Made by a program: the position numbers and the translations under genes | Notes under the pieces: generated by a model | Seen by the model: the letters and a program-made list of their open reading frames with translations, nothing else | What the model was told of the DNA's origin: nothing | Database searches by the model: none | Shown: piece after piece, positions 15,001-18,978 of the stretch | Layout: every line of letters begins with the position of its first letter | Numbering within the stretch: position 1 is the first letter of the stretch | Origin: Candidatus Woesearchaeota archaeon | GTDB taxonomy: Archaea; Nanobdellota; Nanobdellia; Woesearchaeales; JAGVYF01 | Assembly (NCBI GenBank): GCA_041650315.1 | Contig: JBAZLJ010000001.1 | Coordinates: 5,947 to 69,946, forward strand | Direction: 5' to 3' | DNA length: 64,000 nt

Positions 15001-15400
15001 ATTCATTACTATTTCCGGTTACCAGCAATGTGAAATCGCCGGATGCTGAATATGTTCTTGAAACGCCGTAATGCACTTCTGAAGAATAAAGGTCTACTGT
15101 GTCAATTACTATATTATTTTCCAACACTTCAACTATACCGAAATCGTCACGGGTCTGGAACACGACTGTGACGTTGCCGTTTACATTGTAGCTCAATGTA
15201 GAATCTGGTGTGTTGGAGAACAAGGCAGAACCACCAATGTATTCATCACTATCAATACCCATCCAAACGCCTTGCTGGATAACATTACCTGTGATGGATG
15301 GCGGACTAGCTACCAAAGCCCATAGCATGAACACTAATGAAAGTACCAGGATCTCGTTGAATATCCCATTCTTCTCATTCCTAACGTACTTTGGTCTCAT
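1..15400 (-). CDS. Giant secreted or membrane-anchored surface protein, partial (3' end beyond the left edge; at least 5,133 codons in the window). N-terminal signal/anchor, Gly-rich solenoid-like region, at least 8 LamG (Laminin_G_3/concanavalin-like) modules, Ig/FN3-like spacers, DUF2341-like segment
   Basis: Hand translation of the minus strand, in the frame whose codon-top coordinates are 1 mod 3, is stop-free from ATG 15400-15398 down to position 2. An alternative in-frame ATG lies at 15418 with a TGA just upstream. The ORF track would have listed any complete ORF here, so the frame must be open to the window edge. The N-terminus reads MRPKYVRNEKNGIFNEILVLSLVFMLWALVASPP. The LamG hallmark F(N/Q)G(T/S)IDE(V/P)R(I/M)(W/Y)NRSLSxxE(V/I) was read at about 480, 5560, 7300, 8085, 9215, 10165, 11150 and 12105. 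For example, 9181-9250 reverse-complemented gives LYFNGTIDEVRIYNRSLSAAEVS. A purine-rich GAAAGAGGA lies just upstream of 15400. Confidence 0.85.
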   Translation of the reverse strand, partial: MRPKYVRNEKNGIFNEILVLSLVFMLWALVASPPSITGNVIQQGVWMGIDSDEYIGGSALFSNTPDSTLSYNVNGNVTVVFQTRDDFGIVEVLENNIVIDTVDLYSSEVHYGVSRTYSASGDFTLLVTGNSNELSSGYYVVVDEVYGDIIDETDQVPTEQASNVTDGITETDAQGFVEVGKPVSWTKHIKIDSNKVKDAKVKVQLPDSASAVVSQHKFKQKDKEIELELESNVSDYYIEYQTEAPIAHEQIISENKKQVTISSETHYTDILATVMLPHEISTLYNHQIKLYHLVDGVREPFTGDINYLDSDSDLMTESISWIVPHLSNETYEIELTIFNVQSYPAVNGNWTVNFGTIGTANLTIRAINGTILNYLSETPDLNFLELKCGEEFVNFTWRNETSEIFVENYSCAVNSTETSQVWSRGAHHLEFQFGDLFGYANNFANPLRITGWYKMCGEVKQYDSIELTSTARLHVCTFIASNATAGHINISLGSYGNFTMASGAIIYANGSGALGGATCTTSNCQAYQGTDGIDRSAGAASYVANGGAGGGAQQVYASFLTRGAGGGGGGFGGIGGAGGESYSTCQIGLGGASYGASNTLPFFIGSGGGGGAGAAGSTTGANGGGGVFINANHGIIDVHGAIYAYGDTALGSGVTGTGCGGGGSGGHVILRARFVNISSASIDTSGGDGGSCTSSTRACSGGGGGGGRIYIAYSSLYNTSSTQSVALGAAGTSGTACTTAASAGSVGTIVYSFGGLMMNITDQRNFTNDRFTYTFSANQSGADYCTLYGNWAGSWSKVETKAVVGTVPFNFTSIFLGTGSTYSWGINCSDSSGGIIWGSNISFTTLAGAASMQFIPSTYSDEQVTGSTSVPINISISTSGLSRYIHSWNNTNYTIYSNDLVTMLNFDNLAGLSESGSVINDTGSNNIGVSCTTCPAVTTGKFGSGRGFNANGSIIEVLDSLSTNISESSVTYSLWYYAYSDPSPVVPHNLQTMFSDYISLMYIDNNKNIYFRINNDTAGMTQIYSVNALVPNKWVHLAGTVDDVNKVVSLYVDGKLAMSSPYYGHRYHTVTPLRIGLNTDYGADWDGPANGTMDDFKIYNRSLSADEISMLYMSNLQKFNSSQWYFYVNQSKNATTRLDDGSYTYYGSAKNTYNVEGSTEIRSLTVDTIIPAISFAPSSFPNASVSNLTVIPINISITEANLEQLTWSWNGTNTTLYNDSLILKLDFDNYSSIGETSSLAIDTSHSGYDMNITGAYRVPEGKYGVGMNFTGDTTSYLIRNPLKAGSDFITSITTSLWIKTTDISAAIVSYATDKNSNDWLIFIGSNGFLYVYRAGNGYSSGVTVNDNQWHHFVVTWRMSDNQSTIYKDGVLMGTYLLNSNLRLSLNGSLVLGQEQDGISLFDKNEAFNDTLDSVMIWDRVLSSAEVTQLYSSNLNKYATDKWTYFINQSVTEVFNQSNYIYSASVLDADSNSNSTERMLTSQAIVPQLSFVAPTLANATHTNLTILPVNISITEANLREVIWDWNGTNTTIYNDSLVLMYNFDSIAALGESGTVVKDLSNSLNDGVVTGVIFNETSKYGLAGQFDGVNDYIDAGNSSSISFERNESYTLAAWVETTSSAGAGIIAKMDPGNNAIGYDLYYCGSAAQCPYSIKVHIINSWPTNAISAYVNVSAGGKAINDNNWHHVTVTKNDTVNATAFKIYIDGLEQPIALEYNNLIGTIKNTVNLRIGSREGTQFFQGSIDEPRIWNRSLSAAEVSQLYQTNLNKYATDKWTFQANEDTTSVYGITTFNYSAYAKDAAGNANGTEVRQVTVNPVPEIYFTNPTLANATHTNLTVIPINISITEANLNEVIWNWNGTNTTLYNSSLVAMYNFNNVAALGESASIIKDLSGNGNDGIIYGAGYNVSGKYNGAYSFDGLNDFINITDTASLDMSNYISISVWFKPTQIINPRATLVGKHYTEYELDAYPNGCVHTYTSNGSSTGYDEGITICNSEGNWNAGKWYNIIWTLSMAEEKVWIDGVYMGNFTKVHSGTIAGNHTLDIGRRTSPTEGLYFNGTIDEVRIYNRSLSAAEVSQLYQTNLNKYATDKWSLLVNQQVTSSGNYTYFANAKDTAGNSNRTDLRVNSIDIPPILAVISPLTGNNSYNIGETNTFFVNITDNSVRNITIYHDLLGVWQLGTTMALTGAGIVTSVIDTTLSLYHMLVDGFFHWAALVFDSEGSKTWTDNQTFSGWDLGRYNYTHLTATNVSLEDNDSLQELPNNKANDGYVNMTGNVGLWHFNGNALDSSGSGYNGVAVNATNQTGKFNGGFNFTVPGSVITFSGINTSTQYSISVWKLFPLPTTTAGWRTIASTNGGTYHHILINSSDYLGCFNGAFYSSGYVTSSLTGWHHIATTASGSSTLFYVDGSYVGTSASRINNQMLSSIGNYVTGGNQQCGELDEFAVWNRSLPATEIATIYNRQKSTYIDQGYYESRIFEASTTPHWKNLTLVTSYNYSGQELPNSKGVDIASLGANMTGNVLLMHFNGNALDSSGTGNNGITRNGVANISGKFGGAYLFDGVNDYVNASNSASLDQSTALTVGAWVYPRFGTTNRNYAPVIRKPGNEWSLEFSSSVTSSSTISFWTNNGTWQSSASTTSLNDNQWYFVVGNYNGTHALIYVNGLREGTPTKQGTLQNGANEVVIGGDSSLNRYWNGTIDEVAIWNRSLSATEIWNIYRRGLTKLNITARSCDDALCEGESYSVSTTNTTYLDLRPLANNTYFQYKAYFEGDGNVTPELSKVTIGYDVLFNIQSQVNYTNDRTTYIFSATTTTAGTCTLYGDMPYSYVIDQATAFSCENPASGDCSGGTDQNWVTGQSSAAMTTGIVFENFTIPSGTTSAVWNYSIWCADAVNPGNGCDELIMYWNYSSNNWENLTSKRIPEGFDLSNVVIPSAGLTGSLFRVKTYIYSITGGPDYTAYTEGAVNWTTSGVFRQIETKTGTAINFTSLTFPTDGSTYIWNVNCSDSTGLIAEGSNISFTVLDNIPPLLSFTSSSVTNATITTTRWADINISVTEQNMTQFIWNWNNTNTTIYNSSLLFMYNFENVTELGESSTIVKDTSNKGNNAVVSGATWTPNGRYGGAYSFDGVNDYINITNNANLNVGSGQFAVTLWIKQYNQTTNKNGAYIIARSDGADNGWYLRSAQNSSGAGAMLYFWTAQSFPTNYQDARVYNKSIIDVHDGKWHFITIVKYGTIAASLQIFVDGINLTEPPHATAGSNPNIDLSRDLTIGTVTPSISGFFNGSIDEVRMWNRSLSYNEIQQLYISNLQKFNSTQWYFYSNQSKNATTGLEHSQYTYYASARDQANNENSTERRTLFIDLQNVSANLYGPANASRWGNPSQNLSVNFTDSFGLRNATLYVYNSTGLYYNITLTYLSRLTSGVIGALVNLINGVYTWFYDLTDWAGNTIRTGNFTITIEEPNLKNLRFEDINRTSVLLRWDNSIAGNWTSLYIYNLNEQTVAFDLQAVLFVTNNNGTFTSLDPDTEYKLRWQQGVTGYEGEYGESYFRTSGWHPQLTNWLYRRLITIDSSQISADTETGVLNISLTDENFQRTALWSTYPDFDTLNYTNGNDIRFTDYQSQNVLPYDIKEWNIAGTGGSTTQTIPDSTMYVGSYDNTTYCHDADWASRCIPSQAGLFGTQWYNYTIPAGAKTSSLLRLYVGNWYWDSEIPSACFGGTNLEFKTVQNYSIPYADTYCMNQTSKAWTFVYENNDISSYFYESMITWMFASRADILVQSNHFDDNNQSYKSGLDGDYDVKLWMYYGYPQAAANESVVSYTIATPYYTMDNKETPYQDLPVISNVNDSYGRTATSTNITWTVDQIANNQVKYATNPWFFQSTRAFEYKNVTERFYNIPGNVESLRDLAVHGADYITLLNVTCTTGAYNMNYTINATRIPYSITFLDVDTPNLMNWTVTYTTNKTWDMITTHPLIPLTNLNTNTTYYYEVLSSGSIGNSTATGSFLLGTEYVVPSSVILNYTENRSKENVRVCGNLTSLNGHNPVNVSIQYWNELSSDFSETAVTVKTSTGTFCYTIPVIYGRQYSYRVKAVGNYTGYSAVYVHEIMPVQDFFVGNFDEGDLDYRYREYCPNGIGTTPCYNQSGMREGSYQEENWVWIESGLSIYGNLTARWWNGTAWTNYTLTKDPDSAMQYRRIDNLPATWQTMYIINNSGYVALNWTKPALERNRTGLRRDDTKYVYFNSPKQSIDYTITYTDYLTYQTDALTYCMENGGNVFDCMSVITFGTPDMDPDMVGSKYDRGGLFAGGVTNGVNRDTGRLIPNFMEYNFTNTDAGIGAYNNTGRNCYLFTIYYWEYNYTPNNNINSYYYRHWQMNEWWSDYYGYIQPVEFDYACLKLYNDTTAEWGPESGVGGCLNGTSITTEVSVPNSTDIDKAKFFSPYNQTLKVGYAANFDVDTGSDSIYDIVLYNHGQWNNQIFNKYQQAFVIFNLPDNATLQSTDSNGDGISDFDALFTYYTNPKMTHTAGGRLSDAQKISLDRNPNLYFDEVTVNIYYPLDNVKYGTSIPVNFSALDYSGIGACKYSINGGVNTTIPGCANNLTITGLGNGTNILRIYANSSHDNDTHMDLVTFTVDATPPNVTLINITGITGALITHTNPVLSGDNATFYINITTDTAVDKVWIVVWQTIASAGNILWQGFLSLISGTLLDGIWSIQVPVNNSFGGVVNYTIYANDTLRNVGNFSGNFTANRYPIVTNVNITPYTLYTNNYPSAMWSYSDPDSDAQNRSVYTWYLNGTEAWRDNSLVAYWKFDNNYLDSAGSNHATTSKGLLANNSAKIKSGLDLLNTSGTYIQVSSSTPFAVPNKTISFWANPNSTMGSGHNMPFSLVSGNYYISFNGYDMFISYANSTGQQKTSLLSNNDAVKLNEWHHYTFSWNVSGDNVLVYGYIDGNFVGSIAETQGYSTSYGASVLIGAFSTTSYTFLGKLDEMKFWNRTLSAQEIKQESEMMNYGEVLNPPVALWHFDEGAGNTVKDAIGGNDGVRNYNANWTNNSIYNGGLDFNGQIGYAQVSPGTKLNFGNDTSFTYSAWVKSDKGMNGIYGILSNLNSVNGNYCGMALTRTNSDRIEAFIGDGIGTYTRKTITGLTLNNGW
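5400..12800 (-). repeat. Intragenic tandem modules of about 1.0-1.1 kb (LamG plus Ig-like unit) inside the giant gene
   Basis: Plus-strand shadow ORFs at 9624, 10638 and 11715 (and 12507) encode near-identical peptides, e.g. LYNVVFVPFQFQITSLRFASVMLMLIGMTVRFVCVAFASVG versus LYIVVFVPFQSQITSLRLASVILILTGRIVRFVCVAFASVG. Their starts are offset by 1,014 and 1,077 bp. On the coding strand the block PTLANATHTNLT(V/I)(I/L)PINISITEANL..(V/I)W.WNGTNTT(L/I)YN recurs. Confidence 0.75.
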
Positions 15401-15869
15401 TATCCTCTTTCCCTGCATTCAATTTCTTCTTAGCTCTGGAATAAACTGTCCAGACTGTTCTGTCGTTACGGCCGAGCATATCGCCTATCTCATGGAACGA
15501 GAATCCGCGTTTTTCACGGAGATAGAAAACAATAGCTTCCAAGACTGCGCAACGGCGGTCTAGAAGCACGCTGATTGGCACGAAAATTTCTGTAGAAATA
15601 GTTTGGGTTTTGGGTCTAGATTCGCGCTTTTTCTGGACACGGGAATAAACTGTCCATATTGTTCTCTCGTCCCTATTGGTTAAGACGGCAATATCGTGAT
15701 AATTATGGTTGAAATTCTGTTTAAGGTATTCAACAAGTATCTCAAATACGCTAAGTGATCTGTCTTGGAATATTGAAACTGGAATTTCTAGATTGAAATC
15801 AGATTTTTTAGTATCAGAACTAGCATTTTCTATAGATTCTACTGAATTATCTCCCCTTTTTTGACCCAT
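15381..15869 (-). CDS. Small DNA-binding protein with two tandem sigma-70-region-4 / HTH_10(Bat)-like helix-turn-helix repeats; putative regulator of the giant surface-protein gene
   Basis: Internal duplication: IPVSIFQDRSLSVFEILVEYLKQN..YHDIAVLTNRDERTIWTVYSRVQKK and VPISVLLDRRCAVLEAIVFYLREKRGFSFHEIGDMLGRNDRTVWTVYSRAKKKL. The stop at 15381 overlaps the giant ORF start at 15400 by 20 nt. A paralogue lies at 40496-40978. Confidence 0.7.
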   Translation of the reverse strand: MGQKRGDNSVESIENASSDTKKSDFNLEIPVSIFQDRSLSVFEILVEYLKQNFNHNYHDIAVLTNRDERTIWTVYSRVQKKRESRPKTQTISTEIFVPISVLLDRRCAVLEAIVFYLREKRGFSFHEIGDMLGRNDRTVWTVYSRAKKKLNAGKEDNETKVR

Positions 15870-15894
15870 TATATGTCTAAACCCAAAATAACAT

Positions 15895-16130
15895 TACATT
15901 GTAAGTACTTTTTTGTATATAAAGGTTTCTTTTTATATATTATATATGAAATAACACTACATTGTAAGTATTATAAATTTTTGGCCAGAAAGTGCTCATC
16001 CGGATAGTGCCTAACTATGATCTTTGAAATTTTTGTTTTTGCTACTGCTCATTACTTACAATGTAAGGTAAAGTATATATAGTTTTTGGTTTATTGTAAT
16101 AAATTGAAGTAAATAATACTTACAATGTAG
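15895..16130. promoter_or_regulatory. Divergent promoter region with four exact copies of TACATTGTAAGTA (two direct, two inverted); candidate operator array with TATA-like boxes
   Basis: TACATTGTAAGTA at 15895-15907 and 15958-15970; its reverse complement TACTTACAATGTA at 16053-16065 and 16118-16130. Each site contains the palindrome TACA-T-TGTA. Spacings are 63 and 65 bp. TATA-like tatataaagg at about 15915 and cttataaaaa at about 16156. Confidence 0.6.
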
Positions 16131-16185
16131 GTAAAATTTAAGATGTAACAAAAAGCTTATAAAAAACAGATGATTTACACCTAAT

Positions 16186-16641
16186 ATGATACAGAAACCA
16201 GTTAACAGCAAGGAAACAAAACAAATATTCTCTCTTGTTGAAAATCAGTGGGGTTTCAAGCCAGATTTTGGTTACCAATTCTTAAAATGTAATGATAAAC
16301 TGCATATTGTAAGCAGAGATATCAGAAATATAGATCTTGGCAAGTTAAGAATCAATTCAATCGGACTTTATGTTGCCGAATTGAAAAATAATCAAGTAAG
16401 ACTCACTGTTGAAGGGTCACAACTAATAGGCCCGTACGCTACAAAGAATGTAGTTGACTTGCCTAAAGATCAGTTGAAGTTATGGTTGAGAGGCGAAGAA
16501 GTGCCTTGCAATGAAGGAGATGGTTTTGTCATTGTTAAACATAACAATGACTATTTCGGTTGCGGTAAAATCAAAGAAGGTAGAATCATTAACTATTTGC
16601 CTAAGACCAGAAGGTTGAATGCGATCCCGGATTCTCAGTAG
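16186..16641 (+). CDS. PUA-like RNA-binding domain protein (resembles the RsmF/NOL1-NOP2-Sun C-terminal pre-PUA plus PUA module; NIP7-like)
   Basis: 151 aa. The C-terminal GDGFVIVKHNNDYFGCGKIKEGRIINYLPKTRR matches the G.(L/F)G.GK....(I/L)KN.(Y/L)PK..R pattern of PUA modules. Confidence 0.5.
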   Translation: MIQKPVNSKETKQIFSLVENQWGFKPDFGYQFLKCNDKLHIVSRDIRNIDLGKLRINSIGLYVAELKNNQVRLTVEGSQLIGPYATKNVVDLPKDQLKLWLRGEEVPCNEGDGFVIVKHNNDYFGCGKIKEGRIINYLPKTRRLNAIPDSQ

Positions 16642-16654
16642 ATTGTTTGCTTTA

Positions 16655-16957
16655 TTATTGTCCTATAAAATTAGTCATTATCTTATCTACTTCTTCAAAA
16701 GTAAATCTTTTTTCTTGAACTTTGGGACTCTTTTTCATTAATGAGTCTGAAAAGGCTTCTTTCATTAAATTCTTAATTGTTTTAATTGAGACTTCTTCCC
16801 CTAGATGTTTCCCAAGTTCATTATAAAACCATTTAACTGCATTCTTAACATCAGATTTCTTGAAAATTTCATCGCCTAATTTTAATTTCCAATTTATCTC
16901 TGAAGCTATATCATCTTTTTCATAATACATTGTCTTATTTTTTAGTGGTTTTATCAT
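16655..16957 (-). CDS. Hypothetical protein, translationally coupled to the KilA-N gene
   Basis: 100-aa ORF. Its ATG overlaps the upstream stop as ATGA (16954-16957). Confidence 0.45.
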   Translation of the reverse strand: MIKPLKNKTMYYEKDDIASEINWKLKLGDEIFKKSDVKNAVKWFYNELGKHLGEEVSIKTIKNLMKEAFSDSLMKKSPKVQEKRFTFEEVDKIMTNFIGQ

Positions 16958-17805
16958 TTAATCATCTCTTTGTCCATTAGATTTAATCTTTTTATTGATG
17001 GATTCTCAGTTAATAATCTCATCTGACTTATTGCAATCTTATTCAATTTAATCAGTCTTTGATCCTGAACTATTCCTTCTGAAATGAAAACTGCGTTAAG
17101 ATTCTCGAGATTCGATAGACAAATCAATTGAGAGATATCTGCATAATCGCGTATATTGCCGTTCTTATCAGAATTTGATATTCGCCATTCTTTAGCAGTC
17201 ATACCAAACAAAGCCATATTCAAAACATCAGCCTCAGTTGCATAAACTTGATTTACTTGGGATTTTGTGAGTTCTAATGGGATTAGATTCACTTTAATAG
17301 CATCTGTATGTATTCTATAATTAATCTTGGCAAGATTCCTCTTGATATCCCAATCTAATGATTTCCGTTCACTTTCTTCAGCCTTTAATCGTTGGAATTC
17401 CTTGATTAGATATAGCTTGAACTCAACTGAGACCCATGATGCGAATTCAAAAGCTATATCTTTATGGGCGTAAGTTCCACCATATCTTCCAGAATTTGAA
17501 ATTATGCCTATTGCATTTGTTTTTTCAATCCATTGCTTCGCCGTAAGTATAAAACTATGTAATCCTGCCTGTTTTCTAAACCCATCGAATTCGATGGGAT
17601 TAAAATTAGGATTGTTTAAATGTTCCCAAATACCTAAAAATTCAATAGTAGTTCTATTCCTAAGCCAGTTTAAGATTATATAATCGCTTCGTTCTGGATC
17701 TTTGTACTTAGCTATATCAGTCAAACAAATATAATCTTCTTTTGACTGTTGACTTACCTGTATGGTATTACCTAATACACTTATTTTCCTGTTCATTTTA
17801 ATCAT
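16954..17805 (-). CDS. KilA-N domain DNA-binding protein (bacterial/phage-type family)
   Basis: NWLRNRTTIEFLGIWEHLNNPNFNPIEFDGFRKQAG...TNAIGIISNSGRYGGTYAHKDIAFEFASWVSVEFKLYLIKEFQRLK is the signature block of widespread KilA-N domain proteins. Confidence 0.75.
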   Translation of the reverse strand: MIKMNRKISVLGNTIQVSQQSKEDYICLTDIAKYKDPERSDYIILNWLRNRTTIEFLGIWEHLNNPNFNPIEFDGFRKQAGLHSFILTAKQWIEKTNAIGIISNSGRYGGTYAHKDIAFEFASWVSVEFKLYLIKEFQRLKAEESERKSLDWDIKRNLAKINYRIHTDAIKVNLIPLELTKSQVNQVYATEADVLNMALFGMTAKEWRISNSDKNGNIRDYADISQLICLSNLENLNAVFISEGIVQDQRLIKLNKIAISQMRLLTENPSIKRLNLMDKEMIK

Positions 17806-17812
17806 GTCCTTC

Positions 17813-17917
17813 CTAAACCCGTCGAATTCGACGGGATTAAACTTCTAACTTAAGAAAGCCAAATTCAAGTTTATAAGTTTCACGAATGTCCAGTGCACTA
17901 GTAGAAATGTCCAGTGC
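17813..17917. promoter_or_regulatory. Upstream region of the KilA-N gene: 29-nt palindromic element plus two 12-nt direct repeats
   Basis: ctaaacccGtcgaattcgaCgggattaaa at 17813-17841 has an 18-bp perfect palindrome core (cccgtcgaattcgacggg). A near-identical copy lies inside the CDS at 17576-17604. AATGTCCAGTGC occurs at 17885-17896 and 17906-17917. Confidence 0.5.
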
Positions 17918-17952
17918 TTGTTGAAAATAGATTATATTATAGTTAATTAGAA

Positions 17953-18351
17953 TTAAGCTTCTTCAATAGTAACTTCCATGCGTTCTTCGGGATTTTTCAT
18001 TAACTCAATCATTTTCCTATCAAGATAAAGGCTAGGTTTGTCAGCTCTTGTACCCAGAGTACGATCTGATAAGAACTCGCCGATTCTAATAACAATTTCA
18101 TGCGAGCTTGAGAAACTTGGATTTGGTATAAAACAAATTTCTTCTTTGTGAGCTCTCACTTTCAAAATCATCTTAAGTTTCTTTGAGTTAAGAAATGGTT
18201 TGATTTTTTCTTGGTCAAATTCAGCCCGCACTCCTATAATACAGTCGCCATCAAGAGTCAGTTCTTTGTCTGTCGTGAACTCAAAGGTATTCCTATGTTT
18301 ACCCTGTATATTCTCATGACCGAATGCGTAGAATGTGTATTTCATGTTCAA
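17953..18351 (-). CDS. DUF371 family protein
   Basis: FYAFGHENIQGKHRNTFEFTTDKELTLDGDCIIGVRA matches the GH.NI...H.TT.E.T....LT..GDCI.GV signature of DUF371. Confidence 0.6.
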   Translation of the reverse strand: MNMKYTFYAFGHENIQGKHRNTFEFTTDKELTLDGDCIIGVRAEFDQEKIKPFLNSKKLKMILKVRAHKEEICFIPNPSFSSSHEIVIRIGEFLSDRTLGTRADKPSLYLDRKMIELMKNPEERMEVTIEEA

Positions 18352-18377
18352 AACATAATAAAAAAGTAAAAGAAGAC

Positions 18378-18638
18378 TTATCTCATCAGGTCTTCAATTG
18401 GTTTAGTCTTAGTCTCTTTTGATGCTTTCTTAGTTTCTTCAGCTATCTTCATCAAGTCAACACCTAGATCTTTCAAGGCTTTGACGTGTGCTTGCATCTG
18501 CTGCTCGACAATTGAAACAATAGCCATAAGGCCTTCCCTTTCCTTAGCCAACGCTGATAATGAACCTTTGTGTATGCCAATCTGTTCTTCTTTTGATGGA
18601 TTTGCCATATTGATCACCATTGAACTTTGTAAACTCAC
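18378..18638 (-). CDS. Hypothetical small protein (probable start at the MANPSKEE Met, about 18608)
   Basis: ORF only; helical, K/E-rich. Confidence 0.4.
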   Translation of the reverse strand: MSLQSSMVINMANPSKEEQIGIHKGSLSALAKEREGLMAIVSIVEQQMQAHVKALKDLGVDLMKIAEETKKASKETKTKPIEDLMR

Positions 18639-18735
18639 TTAATAGAACGCGTTATATAAATATAACTATAATAGAATAAAGTAATAAGATATAATGTTAG
18701 ATACTTTTATATTATAGAAAACTCACTTTACTCCC

Positions 18736-18978
18736 ATGGAAGTTAAAGACTATATCAATAACAATCGGATTAAGATTATCGTCAAAGCTAATTCTCCTGA
18801 AAATAAAATTGTCAAGTTCGATACTGAGAAGCAAGCGTTACGTGTTGAGATAGATGCGCCAGCTGATAAGAACAAAGCGAATGTTGAGATCATTAAGTAT
18901 TTCACACGATTGTTGAAGAAAAAGGTAAGGATACAATCAGGACTCACTTCTAAAGAGAAAGTTTTGGTTATTGAATAG
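18736..18978 (+). CDS. DUF167/YggU family protein
   Basis: 80 aa. IKIIVKANSPENKIV......LRVEIDAPADKNKANVEIIKYFTRLLKKKVRIQSGLTSKEK fits the YggU pattern (A.P..GKAN..L...L......V.I..G..S..K). Confidence 0.6.
   Translation: MEVKDYINNNRIKIIVKANSPENKIVKFDTEKQALRVEIDAPADKNKANVEIIKYFTRLLKKKVRIQSGLTSKEKVLVIE

Noticed and set aside
973-15563. About 35 short ORFs (60-132 aa, both strands) listed by the track across the left 15 kb
   Set aside because: All lie within the single long minus-strand frame. They are out-of-frame or antisense shadows. Several merely mirror the intragenic DNA repeats, and their peptides are low-complexity or hydrophobic artefacts.
15888-16134. Possible CRISPR-like array, because a short sequence repeats four times
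   Set aside because: There are only four 13-nt units. Two are inverted relative to the others, they sit in a promoter gap, and there are no cas genes. An operator array explains them better.
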